Source of the DNA: Chromera velia
Lineage: Eukaryota
NCBI GenBank assembly: GCA_018398765.1
Contig: JAHBMJ010000507.1
Span: 1 to 45,862 of the forward strand
DNA: 45,862 bases
Reading direction: 5' to 3'
The first letter of the stretch is position 1, and each line of letters begins with the position of its first letter. This document shows, in pieces, positions 12,241 through 25,072 of this stretch. The translations under genes were made by a program, and so were the position numbers. The notes beneath the pieces were generated by a model. That model searched no databases, was not told the origin of the DNA, and was given only the letters and a program-made list of their open reading frames with translations.

Positions 12241-15200
12241 TTGCTAAAAGTGTTGATCTCTTGGCATACAAATAGAACTTGAAGAGTGCGATCAACAACA
12301 AAAAAGAAGAAAACAGAAGGAAAGTGGAGCAGTGAAAGAAAGCACGTGGATAGCACGTGGCTAAAAGGCTGACGCAACGAATGAAGAACATCACGCCCTT
12401 CATTTCCAGTGTAGCAGACTTGTCCAAGTTGTCCTGTAAAATTATTTGGTTGATGGATCTGGCCTGCCAGTGGCAGTGCTTCTGATTGCATTCTGAAAGG
12501 AAGAAAAACAGTCAGAAGCTTGCATGTCTATAGAAAAGAGAGAAATGGAAAGAGGTTCAGAGGATTCTGCAGTTGGTGCACAAGTGAAGGAATTTAAATG
12601 TCTCAGCTTGGTTTCTGTTGTCTTTTCTGCCTCCCCAGGTCAGGTGTCTTCTCCCTTGAAAGCCGACTCGATCGAGCTGACAATCTGAGTGAAAGAAGAA
12701 GAGAAGAGAGAAAGACCTAGCCATCGAGGGGCTTACTTTCCTGCATGAAGTCGGCTGTGGCTACAACTGAAAGAACGGCAGAATTCTTTTGTATGGATTT
12801 CTGCGCTTTGCGTTCTGTCTTCCCCAGTTCTTCAGGTACCGTTCTTACAACCAGAATTGTCGTTGCCTCGCCCTGAAAATGCGTTTTCCCTTCTTTTTTG
12901 CCCTTTGATGCTACCCTTCGCCACCCGCTCTCTCTCGGATCACCAGTGCGCTCCTTCTTCTGAAGGGCTGTTTCTCTTCTCTCACTCAGGCAGGCCTTGT
13001 TGACTCCCAACCTTCTTTCGACGAACGAATTTTCTGCCCGTCTTTCCTTTTTTTCTTCACCTTCTGTAGTGTACGTCTTCAATCGATCAATCGGACCGAA
13101 TGACTCCCTTCTCAACAGACATCCCCAGTTCCGTTCCCTCGATCTATTCCCTCTCTCCCGATGCCAAACAGCATAGATAAGTAGATAGAAAGATAAATAG
13201 ATATTAATAGATGGATAGATGGATCGATGGAAAGCTGGATCGATGGAAAGCTGGGCGCGCAGCGTGATGCAGGCAGCCAGACACCCCTGCAGGGGCCCAG
13301 ATTGGTTCTTGTGAGAAAAAGGAACGCATGCATGCATACATGTGCACAATCATGAACACAAAGAAGGTCTCAAGACGTGCAAAACAGAAGTGCCGCAACG
13401 TTCACATGCTTGAATTTGTGACGGGCTCCGTCAGACAAAGACCGAGGAGCGGCGGGGTCCGGAAAGGTCATTCATTCAAGCAATGGATTGAATTTCATTT
13501 ATGTAGTGCCTCTCTTTGAAAGTTTGACCGGAAACCTCCACTTCCACACACGCACACGCACACGCAGACAGAAGCATTGATTGATGTATACGTTGATGGA
13601 GAAGAAGCTGTTGATGGTAGAAGAAATAGTGTACGTCCGTAGACGGCCCTGGCAAGGGGCAACAGGCTGAGTGAAGTATGGTTGAGCCCCGCGACCGTCT
13701 CTCTCTATTCATTTGCGTGGACAGAAGACAAGAAAAGCGAGAGAATGTTCTTCTCTCCTTCAAAGCTCCGGATTTTGTGTTTCTGAGAGAACGCTGCCTT
13801 CTTCTTATTCGAGCAGCTCCTCTCTTGTGGCTTTTTTTGCACGCATTGTAGGGGCAGAACATCTTTCGTGTTCAACCTGTCGCACAAAGAGCCGAAAATT
13901 GCCCACCAGCATTCTCTCTCTTCGGATTGATTTGTGCATGCTGTGAAGATGTTTTTGCATGGATTCACGTTTTCAGCTGGATGCCACATGGATGATGATG
14001 CATGCAGAGGGGGGGGAAGGCAGAAACGAACAAGAAGAAAAGGATTGGATCAGAAGGTGTGGGTTGAGAGTTTGACTGATGACTGAATGAAAGAAGCATT
14101 GGGACAAAAATGTATCAAATGATCGCGCGACTTGCCGGCATGCTTTGGGCTGCAGATTTGAAGACTGACTGAAGTTGGTGTGGAGCTGCTTCTTGTTATT
14201 TTCCCCCTTTGTTGTTTGCAGATGCTGCCCTTCCTTCTTCAACCTCCAGTCTCTCTCTCTTTTCGGGCAGTCGCGGCGCTCTTCTCCCTTATTTTCTTGC
14301 AGCGTGCTCGCTTCGCTTGATCGATCAGTCACCCATCTAGGAACGATCAAAAGGGCGGGAAGAGATTTTCTCTTTCTCTCTTCTTCTATGCTCTTCCTTT
14401 TTTTTTTTTCTCTTTCGTTTGCACACAGAACAGAAAAAACTGTATGCAGAAGCACGCTCGAATGCATCAGACAGACAGCGAAGATTACCATGCATGCACG
14501 AAGAAAGGAGCATTTCTCCCCCTTTTGATGAATCCAGCTAGTGGTGCAAGCTAGGGAAAAATGATTGCTGGTCGCATACAAGGACGGGAGGGGATGCACA
14601 AGCAGAGGCAATAACTGAGAAGGGAGAAAGAACGAACAGAAAAACAGGCACATCGTGAAGATGAGGAGATGAACAAGAGATGGGGGAAAAGAGAGATGAG
14701 TGGGTGAAGAGGAGGAAGAGGCATAGAGATCACTTCACTTACAATAGGGGAAAAGTGGCTTTTTCTGGTTGGAGGAAGTCAAAAGTGTGTGAAATTTCAA
14801 ATCAAAGTCCGTCTGGTTCGTTGGTTCTTTTCACTTTGTTGTTGGTGTCTGTTCATTCTCATTATTGGGTTCTTGGAACAGGCCAACAATTTGGCCCTCT
14901 GGTCTGTTTCTTTGCAAGCCTCCTTTCTCTTCTTGTCTTGTTGCTGGCCTCCTTTGAGTCGTTTTGAGTCGCGATGCTTCCACACCCTGTCCCCTCTTCC
15001 CCTTCCTCACTTGCTTTGCCCTTCTTTCTTTTTATCTTTCGTCCCTCGCTCCTCTCTGTGATTCATTCGCAATTCAAAGAAGAGGAAGAGTGGGTGACTG
15101 CATGCCTTTTCCTCTTTCGTACGTTTTGTTTGGCTGGCTGCATCTCCTCCCCCCTTCTTCTCTACATCATCCGCCTTGGAAGAGAGAGAGGGAGGGGAAA

Positions 15201-15416
15201 GAAGAAGAAGAGTGGAAGGAAGGAGTCAAAGATTTGTATTCGATTGTAAGAGTTTGTGTGCTTCGTTGCAATTTTACCTTCTTGCGATCGGGACGTTTCC
15301 CCACTCCCCTCTTTCTTCGCTCTCTTCTTCTCTGTTGCCCTCTATCCGTCTCGCCTCAAGCCTCCACATCACTTTCCCTCCCTCTCTCTCGAGGCCGACC
15401 TCTCATGAAGATCCTG

Positions 15417-15497
15417 CATTCGTTCATTCATTGATTCATTCATTTATTCATTCATTCATTCATTCGTTCATTCATTCATTCATTCACCCATTCATTC
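15417..15497. repeat. (ATTC)n tetranucleotide microsatellite
   Basis: Imperfect cattcattcatt run read directly from the sequence. Confidence 0.9.
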
Positions 15498-15729
15498 GTT
15501 CCAAGAGACTCACTCATACATTATTCAGTAGTGTTTCAGCATTGCTTCGTTTGCATGTTTTCCCCGTTTTCCATCCTGACAATCGCCTACAGCGCTTCCA
15601 GCAGCCGCTGTCGCACAGAAGCATACTTCTGATCTTCATGATCTTTGATCTGAGTTTACTTCTCCTACTTCTTTGTCTGTCCCAGCCACTCAGCCATGCA
15701 TTCGGACGGAACTCGTCGAACAAGCTCAT

Positions 15730-18700
15730 TCAACTTACAGGAAGTCTGTCGAAGCCAGGAGGGGGCGTGAGGTCTCTTCTGACAGCTGCCGCCTTCCGGG
15801 GTACAAAACCCGTTTGCACCGTCCCCTGTTTGCCTACTGTATTCCTCTCGACCCCCTCTTTGTGCAATTGTTCTCGGGTCCAGTAGGAGGAGGAGTCGGC
15901 CTCCTCTCTCTCTATCTGTCTCCTCTCCCACCTGACCTCCTGTCTCTCTCCCTCCAAGTCTCCCAGTCCGCCTCTGTCCATCCTGACGCTATGCCTCTGC
16001 CCCTCCCCTTCGAATCCAGGGTCTCCGTCTCTGTCTCCGTCCCTGTCCTTCGAAGACAGACGTCTCTCAAAGGACAGTGAACCCCGTCTCCAATTCCTCT
16101 CCACATCCCTCTCCCTCTCCCTCTCTGAGTCCACTCCCCCTCTTCCAGACAGAGAGAGCCGTTGAGGAGGCAGCCGCATGTCCTCAAATCGCCCTGCATC
16201 ATTCCGGCCACTCTCTCCCCTCTCCTCCTGAAAGCAACATGCAGACATGCATAGGTGGGTGGAGGAGTGTCAACTTCGGAGTGCATGTGGTCGAACAGAA
16301 ACAATTCGCCAACAAAAAGAAGGAAAAATAACAACGAGAACACGAAGAAAAAACAATGAAGGAATAGCGGAAGGAAAGGAATGGATCTCATTGCGATCGA
16401 CCCTCCTGCGTGGAATTTCATCGACACACACAGACAGAAAGGCAAGCAGAGAGAGAGGCGACTAGAAATCTTCATCCTTTACTCTCTAGTCGCTTTACAG
16501 CGTTTGAAAGTGTACAATTCAAAGATCTGATTGAAATGCTGACCACATAGGAAGATTGAAACTGTCTCCAGGAGTCCCTGTTATCGTCTCCGTCCCTCTC
16601 TCTGTCCCTGTCTCCGTTCCCTCTGGACCGCCAGGCAGTCGTCTCCTTCTTCAGCTCTGGAGGAGACAGAGATCCTCCGAAACAACTGTGGTGATTTGGG
16701 AGGGGAGGGGATGGGTCAGCGTCTCTTTCTTGCTTTCGCACAAATGCCTTTTGGGATCCAAAACCGCGTTGTGCACCTGTGGGAAGACGGAAGCGCGGAA
16801 TCTGAATTCGTTCTTCTCTTTCGTAATCTCCCTCGGGTGGTGTTGGAGCGCTGCTGTTCCTGTTCTTTTGAATCTTTGCTGGTGATTCGGTTTCGGGTTT
16901 TTCATACGTACATGATGCGATTGCCGCCTCTTCGTCTTTCTTCTTCATCAGAATGAGAGCTCGAGGAGAGGCTGCTGGGGAAGGTGTGAGGGGCAGCGCG
17001 GCGTTTTGGATTTTCCTTCGAGGTGATCTGGAGGTGCCTTTGGGGGTGGGCAGGTGCTTGAATGCTGTGGGGCTGGAGGGAGGAAGAGTGGTTTTGGCTT
17101 TTTCGGCCTCCATCTGGGTGGTCGTGTTTGTGTTTGGAGGCGGGGGGTGTTCGTCCTGGGGGATCTGAAAGGGCAGGAACGTTTTTTGTGGGAGGGAAGA
17201 ATCGTGCTCCATACCTTCTTCAGGGGTGTTTCCTTCTTGTTCTTTTCGGACGGTTTGACGATTTTGTGGTTCCGTGAGAGTGTCACAGTTTCTGTTTGTC
17301 TGACTTGGAGGGAAAGGCGGAGGGGGGGGAGGGGGGGGAGTGAAAGAAACCCGGGCGCCGACCTGTTGGCCTGGAGGCATCATGAGGTTTTCGTTGTGTG
17401 TTGGTTGAGTGATTGGAAATTGGTGTGCAGAGTGGAGGTCTGGTTGTTGGGGGTGGGAGGGGATGAGCATCTTGGGTTGACCAGTGGGGGAGTGGGAGGG
17501 AAGGGGAACGGAGTGTTGAAGTGGGTCGCTGGATGGGTAGAGGTTGGAAGAGGGGGGCAAGGGGGGAGGGGGTGGGGTGCGGGGTGGAGGGGGTGGTGGT
17601 GGAGGCTGAACCTTGGGATTCATTTTTGACGCCAACGCGTTGAAGGTGTTTGAGGTCGGCGAAAAATCGGAGGGTTTCATCGAGTTCGTATTTCGATTTG
17701 GAGGGGCGGGGGACATGAGGGGGGGTGGAGGTGGTTCCATTGTTTGGCTGATTGTGTGTGTGTTGAATTTTGTTGTAGGCACTGTGGGCTGATCGTGTGG
17801 GCTGAACTCCCGTGCTGACAGTGCGTTGGTCTGAGACTGAGGAGGTGAGGGCGAGAACGTGACTGTTCCAGAGGGAATGAAGACAGGGGCCTGCAGGCAA
17901 TTAAAGGCATGAGATGAGATTGATATATCGATTGAAGCAATTAAGGCATAAATCTCTTTGAGTGATTGGGGGAAAAAGTGATTCTATTGATCGATTTAGT
18001 GAAGTGACACATATGCATCAAGCAACCCGAAAGAGAACAGGAAGCTGAACAGGCAGAGAGAAACAACTGGGACACAAACAAAGATGAAACGAGGAGAAAG
18101 CACAAAGGAGAGGGAAACAAAAACACAGACAGAAAAACTGACGATCAAAAAGACTGCAGCTCACCTCTGCCGACAGTTGTTTTCCATTCTTAGTTTCCCC
18201 ATGGCTGCTGCTGATTTGGAACTTGGGGTGTTGTGCGGCCCCCCCATTGGATGGGGTCAACAATGATCCCCCCCCATTGGATGGGGTCAAAAACGATCCC
18301 CCCCCATTGGATGGGGTCAACAACGATCCTTCCCCATTGGATGGGGTCAAAAACGATCCCCCCCCATTGGATGGGGTCAAAAACGATCCCCCCCCGATTG
18401 CCCTGGAGTCCTCTCGGCATTCCTTCTTCACCCTCTCTCGCTCTCTCTCCCTCTCCTCTCCCGGAGTCTCGCCATCAACTTCCCTCAGTCCCCCCACCAG
18501 ACTCCAGATTGCACCGCCAGACTGTGGGTGCATAGATTCCTGCTGAGGCTCTGCACTTTGTTGTCTGTTGCCTGGTGGAAATGGGGGGGGNGGGGGGGGG
18601 GGCGGGGGGGGTTGGAGCTCTGTTCCGCTGCTGCTGAGAGACACGTTGAGGTCCCCACCCGCCAGTCTGCTCTGAGAGGTAGGGAGAAAGGAAGGGGAAG

Positions 18701-19827
18701 CATCAGCTTCCCCCCCTGATCTCGATGCCGCAGAAGCCAGAGCATCCATGAGTGAAAACAGAGGGGGTGTGGTAGAGGGAGGGGGAGGTTGTGAGGGATT
18801 GAATGGGACTGCGTTGATGTTGACATTTGTGGGGCTCATGTCTGCTGGGGGGGTGGGGGGCAGGGGAGGCGGCGGAGGGGGGACAGTCGCTCTCCATGCG
18901 ACACCGGTGGCGTTGCCAGTGCCCCCCATGGAAATGGAGGGGGACTGGAAGGAAAAGCCCCCGGAGAAATTTCCTTGTTGTTTGGCGGCGTTCGTCGTGG
19001 AGCTACCGGTTGTAAGTGCACTTGTCGTTCTTTGGAGTTGTTGTATGGGTGGGGGGGGAGGGGGGGGCTGCTGCAGTGCATTGTTTCTCCCGGTGTTTCC
19101 CTTTTTGGCCCATGGGGATTGGGGTTGGGGTGTGAATGGGAAGCCGGTCGCAAGGCCTGTCAGGGAAGAAGAAGGAAAGGGCAGAGAGGAGGACTCCTCC
19201 CCTTTGGAGAGTCCTGCTGCTTGCCAGAGAAGTGGAGGTGTCTGCATGCACATGCAGAGAGGGAAAAGAATGAAATGGAAGAAAGAAAGAGAAAATGAGA
19301 GAGAAGAGCGAGGTAAACAGAGACTGATTTAAACCTGCACGAAAAGGGGACTGGGCTGGGATATGGAAAATGGGAAGGCACAAAAATAAAAGTAGTCATG
19401 CGCTTCGTTTCCATGAAAAGAATTAATTGATGTTCGAGTTGCCTATACTGATTCTGCTTTTGTTGGTATTGAATTTTTACTCTTTTGCCTTTCCTTCTAC
19501 CTCTTTGTACGTTCAGCCACCTGTCGTTTTGTCCCTGTGCCCTCTGACCTGCTCAGAAGTTTTGAATGCGTCAGACGCTGCCCTCGGCACTGGGAGCTTT
19601 GCAGTCTTCGGTTTTCCTGTTCTCTTGGAAATTGGAGGTTGGGGTTGGGGTGGTCTCGTGGCTGTGCCATTGAAAGCTGAGGATGCAAATCCCTGAGAGA
19701 CCGTGGTCAGCATGTGGGTTTGCGCTTGCACTGAACCAATGCTCTTGTCTGTCTGCAGTGTTCCCTCTCTCTCGTTTGGGTTTCGGGAGGTCCCATGCGA
19801 TGAGAGGAGAGAAAAGAGGGAATCCAT
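15730..19827 (-). CDS. Large Pro/Ser-rich disordered protein with PAM2 (PABP-interacting) motifs, ~1066 aa; both ends uncertain
   Basis: Exons 19827-19549, 19241-18165, 17890-16544 and 16227-15730, all with phase-0 GT-AG junctions. Splicing creates LSAE|APVFIP (PAM2-like). Also contains NVNINAVPFNP, NALSAREFSP, poly-Pro tracts and an R/D/E-rich C-terminus. A strong GTAAGT donor at 15738 suggests an alternative end (possibly TKK* at 15665). Confidence 0.7.
18241..18390 (-). repeat. 5 x 30-bp coding minisatellite, (GS[F/L]LTPSNG[G/E])5
   Basis: Unit cccccattggatggggtcaa(a/c)aacgatccc starts at 18241, 18271, 18301, 18331 and 18361. The units are contiguous, with no spacers. Confidence 0.95.
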
Positions 19828-20479
19828 CACCTGAAGGGTATGCACGAGAGAGACGGCACAAGTGTAGGAGAGAGAGATGTGAATACTTGGTGAGGTTCTG
19901 TGTGTGGGGGGCATGTTGTGATAGCGGAGGAAGCAAACGGGGAGGTCGGCTGACAGAGAGATGGGAGCGGTACAGTATGGCGGGGCGTACACGGGGAAAA
20001 GGGGAATGAGAAGAAAAAGTAAACATTCAGCATTTGCTTTCATCAAGTTACCAGCTGAAGACAAACTGAGGGAGAATTTTTTTATCGGATGACGGACCGT
20101 GAAGGTTTCTCTCCCATTTTCTCTTCTTCTCTCGCTGTCGGTTTCGCCCTCCCCCCCACAAACTCTGGAGGGATCTTCTCCCAGGGTCCCATTCCACCGA
20201 TCATTCCTTTCTCCTCCTCCCATCCCTGCCTCTTTCTTCTCTGTGTCGTCCCCCCCCTTTCTCTCCCTTCCCTTCCACACTCCCTCTACAGTCTGTCCTC
20301 GAGAGGTTGACCGAAGAAAGGAACAAGAGAGAGGTGGGGGGGGAATCGCAAAGCCTGATTGGACGATATGTCTGCATGCACGGGCATATTTCAAAGGAAG
20401 GAAGCAGATGTGCGCATAGTATGTGTGTCTTAGGGACCGAAAGAAGGAGAGCAGTTGGATCTGCATTTTCTGGGAATCT

Positions 20480-20579
20480 TCATTTGATGCTAGCTGAAGG
20501 TTTTTGACTGAGTTCTCCGGCTCTTCTTTCGGGGAAGGATGTTGGGATCCTACAAAACGAAGACACACACACACACACA

Positions 20580-20611
<32 letters not shown>

Positions 20612-21167
20612 GAGAGCACGAGACTCACTGGTGGGGTTGCGGTTGTTGTCGTTCCTTCAGCGACGACGAATTCGAATTTGAAAGTTCAAACTTTGAGGAC
20701 GAATTTGATGAACACACATTCACCTGAGAGAGAATCAAAGGGACAGAAAAGAAATCAAATTCATAGCACAAGGGGGGGGAGGGGCTCAACCAGTTAGTCA
20801 GTCGGTCAATCAATCAGCTGAGCAGTCAGTGAGCTGTTGCCAGTGAGATCATGTAAGTTTAAGAGAAAGGCGGGTGCTGTCTGTGTGTTTGACTAGCTCT
20901 GACCTGTTCTCCCGCGCATCTGTCGTCTGCAGATATTCTTGTTGAAGCTTGAGCATCCATTTGGTGTTCTTGTACGCGTTTTCGAGAAGAGGACAAAGAC
21001 GATTCAGAACCGCTGTTTGTTTCTTGTGCTTTTGGTCGCCCTGAGCCGCCCCGAGGCAGTCCTTTGAAGAAAACTCCGAGGGGAGAGAGGAAGGCCAGGA
21101 GGGTGAACAGACCCTGCAGGAAGAAAGTCGCAATGGTTTTTTTTTTTAATAACGTAGTCTGCATACG

Positions 21168-21256
<89 letters not shown>

Positions 21257-21670
21257 ATGTGTGTCCGTGTCCGTGTCTGTGTCCGTGTCTGTGTCCGTGT
21301 CTGTGTCCATGTCTGTGTCCGTGTCTGTGTCCGTGTGTGTCTGTGAGTGCGGGAGAGAGAGACGGGGGTCGAATGGGGAAAGAGAGAGTGGGCGTGCATG
21401 TGAGTGCGTGTCTATCAACGTCGTATACATATGTATAGAGCATGCGCGATGAAGGTCATAGTTAGATGGACACAAGTTCTGAATTTGCACCAGGAATGCA
21501 TTCAATGAATGCAGTCGACGTACATCCCAAAGAGAGAGCGACACGCAGGCACATGCACTGACCACAATGCCCAGGCCCACAAGGACGGAGATACCCAACG
21601 AGACCGAAGACAGACCCCCACCCAGTCCCGGGCCGAGGGAGACACTCCCTGTGTTTGACAATCCGTCCAT
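20480..21670 (-). CDS. Putative small membrane protein (~173 aa), or 5' exons of the PAM2 gene
   Basis: Exons 21670-21524, 21113-20904, 20723-20629 and 20549-20480 join in frame (522 nt) through GT-AG introns. The N-terminus is hydrophobic ([41 protein letters not shown]). No family was recognised. Confidence 0.4.
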
Positions 21671-22431
21671 ATTTGAGTTAATCAAGTGATCTTAAGATCC
21701 CCCTCTTTTTCTCGATCAATCGAGTAACTCCTGTTTTTGTTTTTCTCTTCCGACCCGATCGAGCCGGACTTTCCTTCAATGGGTCGGTTTTGGGTTTTTG
21801 AAGTGGTCTTGCTTGGTTCTTTGATTGACTGACTCGATTGACTGACTGACTTACTGATTGTGTGATGCTGTATTGAAATTCTTAAGCGATCTTAAGTCGC
21901 ACCTCTTCCCTCTTTCGCTCCAGATGGTTAGAGAGAGAGAGAATAATCTGGTGCGAGGGACGAAAGTGGTAAGAAAGCAAACTTTAAGACAGAAGAGCAG
22001 GATGCGATCAAGTAGGTGTCCGAACGTATTCCCAACCAAATCAATCGATCAGCTTTGCCGATTGATCTCTTTCTCTCCCTTCTTTTCTCTCGACTTTTTC
22101 TTTCCTGCTGCTTCTCCTTAACTTCTCTTTTTGTTCCCTTCCGAGTCAATCAGCTGCTCGGTCAAGGTGTCGGCATGCACAGAGAATCAATCAACTAAGG
22201 ACGGTTCACTCCGAATCGATTGAGACGGGGGCACCGACCAATTGAAAGGCGATACGAGGCAAACAAGCCAAACAAGCAGTCACCCAGGCAAACAGGCAGG
22301 AAAACAAGGCATGGAACAGAAGCACACTGAATGACTCACTGACAGGCTCATACTGAACAGAGAGTCCAGCAAGGAAGCTGAAGACCTTCTTCTGATCTCA
22401 TTCATGCATGCACACCTGCATGCATGCATGC

Positions 22432-22470
<39 letters not shown>

Positions 22471-23793
22471 ATATATATACATGCAGTGTACGTATTGCTG
22501 TATACCCGTACGTACGTATGCGTAACGGCCGAAAAGCTTTATTTAATTACCGATAGGCGCTCGCATCGCGCGCAGGTACGCGCACACCTCAACACAATAT
22601 CGACGCGCCATGACGATCTTTCGAGGGTTTTATAGGGACTCAAGATTGAAGTCAGATTGGAATGCGGGAGTCACCATCTGTGAAAGGACACCCACTACAG
22701 ATATTCTGGGAAGAGGCTGCATTTTCACACTCCTTTCTGCGGGAAGACATCAAAACTCATGCGTTCATGTCAGTGAATGATTTTAGTTCTGGGCCCCCGA
22801 AGCTAACCGTCTCCTCGATCGCTCTGTGATGTACCTGAACTGACGTCTTCGTGCGGCTCACTTCCGTAGCACGACCAGTCGGTCAGCAGATCTGCCACCA
22901 CAGGATCCGAGAAAGGAGCTGCGGGGCGGCTGAGCAGGTCGGATGAGTGGGCGTCATCTTGCCGTCTCTTTCGGAGGTGCGGCCGCCGGTCTGTTTGCCG
23001 TCTCCCAGGGCCTGAAGCTGAAGCGGTCGAGTGATGTGCGGCGGCGGGACTGGACCGCTTCCGAGGGGACTGTCGTTTCTTCAAGTAAGTAGATGGATCA
23101 TACGAAGAAGAACGACAAGCGTACGTTCGAGTGCGCATTCATGTAGACGGGCTCGGGGGAAGTAGCGCATGTACACGAAAAGGATCAACATACGTGCTTT
23201 TGCGTGACCCGTCTTGGTGAGAGGGTGCTTGGGGCGACTGGGTTTTGACAGCTCGTGGGCAAAGGGGGATGTCCGATTGGATTCTCGGGTTTCGGCCCCG
23301 GCGTTTTTCTCGGTGTGCTGTACAGACCTTCTGATGAAAGCTTCAATGAGAACCCCGCAAATTGATGAGATCAGACTCTCTAATTCTCTTCCTTCCTGTC
23401 TGCATCAAACTTCCCATACTCGCCCCCGTCCCGATACCGCGCGGAGTTCTCCTGAAGATTTTTTTCTTTTCTTCTTGAGTCTGCTGTGCCTGCAGTAATG
23501 ACTGTCCCGCTTCCTTTTCTTGTTTATTTGTACGTTCCATTGCCCAGGCAAGTTTTTCTCTGATTTTTAGACTCTGTGCATGTATCTGTTTTCATGTTGA
23601 TCTGCGACTTCAGTTGCGGTCCTGACAGTCTGGACTCATGCGAAGAGTGCGTGTCTGTGTTGCCGTGTTTGGGGGGGAACTCAATTTCCTCGTAGCATCC
23701 CTGTCCGTTTCTTTGAGTGACGGCTGCACAGAACGATCCTCTACAATCTCCTGCATGCATTGTGTTGTGTGATTGATGGATGGATGCATGCAG

Positions 23794-24542
23794 CGATTCT
23801 CTACCGTCCATCTCGGTGGCCTTTCCTTTCCGGGACCTTCCTGGAAATCGACTTCCAGTTCCCGAAGGGGGACTTGAAGGGCCAAGAGAAAAACAGCGAG
23901 AGAGAGTGTCAGCTTTCGGAGGCAGCTAAACCAAACTGCGGGGGTGATTGCAGTGCCGAGACAGAGCTGAAAACAAAAACTGGAACGCACCTTCTTGAAA
24001 GCGCTTCGACACGGAGAAATTCTTCACTTGAGAAAATGGACAAAGACAAAGCCAAAGACCTGGCAGCCTATACGTCGGAATTTGGCAATCATGGTCGCAA
24101 GGGGACTCCATCAGTCGATGGCAGTCACTGTGGTGAGTGTGGGGGCTGCGGGTCGGCACCCTCTGCGGCAGTTTCATCTCAGGGGTGTCCTTCTGTCGGT
24201 CAAGGGAAGTCGACTATATCGGCAACAACAGAGTTTTTTGAAGGTCGCAATTCATTCCGACTCACGCGTGATCTCTTTCCGTCCTCCGACGTGTTTGTGA
24301 AGATCGAAGACCCCGGTGTGAACAGAATCTGGAAACAAAACAGCCCTGGTGTAAAAGTTCTAGTGAGGCACAGCAGGGAGAATCCGGAGAGGGAAGGAGA
24401 AGCAGAGGCGGTGTTCGTGGGAGGGGAGCCATTTTTTGAGTTCAGAGATCGGCTCGGCATCAAATTAGCAGCGGCGGGAGGAGCCCTATCAGGTTTTTCT
24501 CTGCTGAAAATTCTTCTTATGATGGCTCGAAACGCTAGATGA
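23794..24542 (+). CDS. Probable terminal exon of an unknown protein, possibly tail-anchored
   Basis: Repeat-free ORF after an atgcag acceptor at 23793. It contains CGECGGC and ends in a hydrophobic then basic tail (LAAAGGALSGFSLLKILLMMARNAR*). Upstream exons were not resolved. Confidence 0.4.
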
Positions 24543-25072
24543 TTTCACCTGCATGCATGAGTTTCACAATAAAGTTAAAACATAATTTAAGGCGGGGGGC
24601 ATATTGTATTCGGGCTCGTTTCTATAGCTTTCTGGTCCTTGAAGTTGGTCCTTCGGTTCAAGCTAGTTGCTGCTAGTACACATCCCGAGCGTGGGCTTAT
24701 GGATCTGGAGGCCTGCATGACGTTCTCTCTGTGACAACCTGAGTTATAGGACTAGTTATAGGAGAGATTGAGCTAGATATAAAAAAATTGAGCAAGACTA
24801 AGCGAAACCGCATTATTCTAAACCACTATCTAGCAATGGGCCGCGGCCCACACTATCAATCGGATTTTTTGAAGCATAAATCCTATCATATCGATCGATC
24901 TTATTTAAAAAACGTTGAAAATTATTGTAAAAATTTAAAATTAATATTCATAAACTTCTCAATAAACTTTTATGAACACACAAAAACAATCAATTATTGT
25001 CAATTTGTTGACCTAAGGCTAAAAGCTAACTTGAAACACTCTGGCCACCACTAGCTCTGATACTACTACTAG

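Noticed and set aside
12717..15886. ORFs of 210-236 aa between the E2-variant and PAM2 genes
   Set aside because: They run through microsatellites and purine/pyrimidine tracts, have no motifs and give no coherent exon chain. Probably UTR or intergenic.
18241..18390. 30-bp repeats as a CRISPR array
   Set aside because: The units are contiguous with no spacers, lie in frame within a eukaryotic exon, and no cas genes are present.
22610..23500. Upstream exons for the 23794-24542 exon
   Set aside because: Candidate donors (~22769, ~23084) exist, but I could not build a stop-free, phase-consistent chain.
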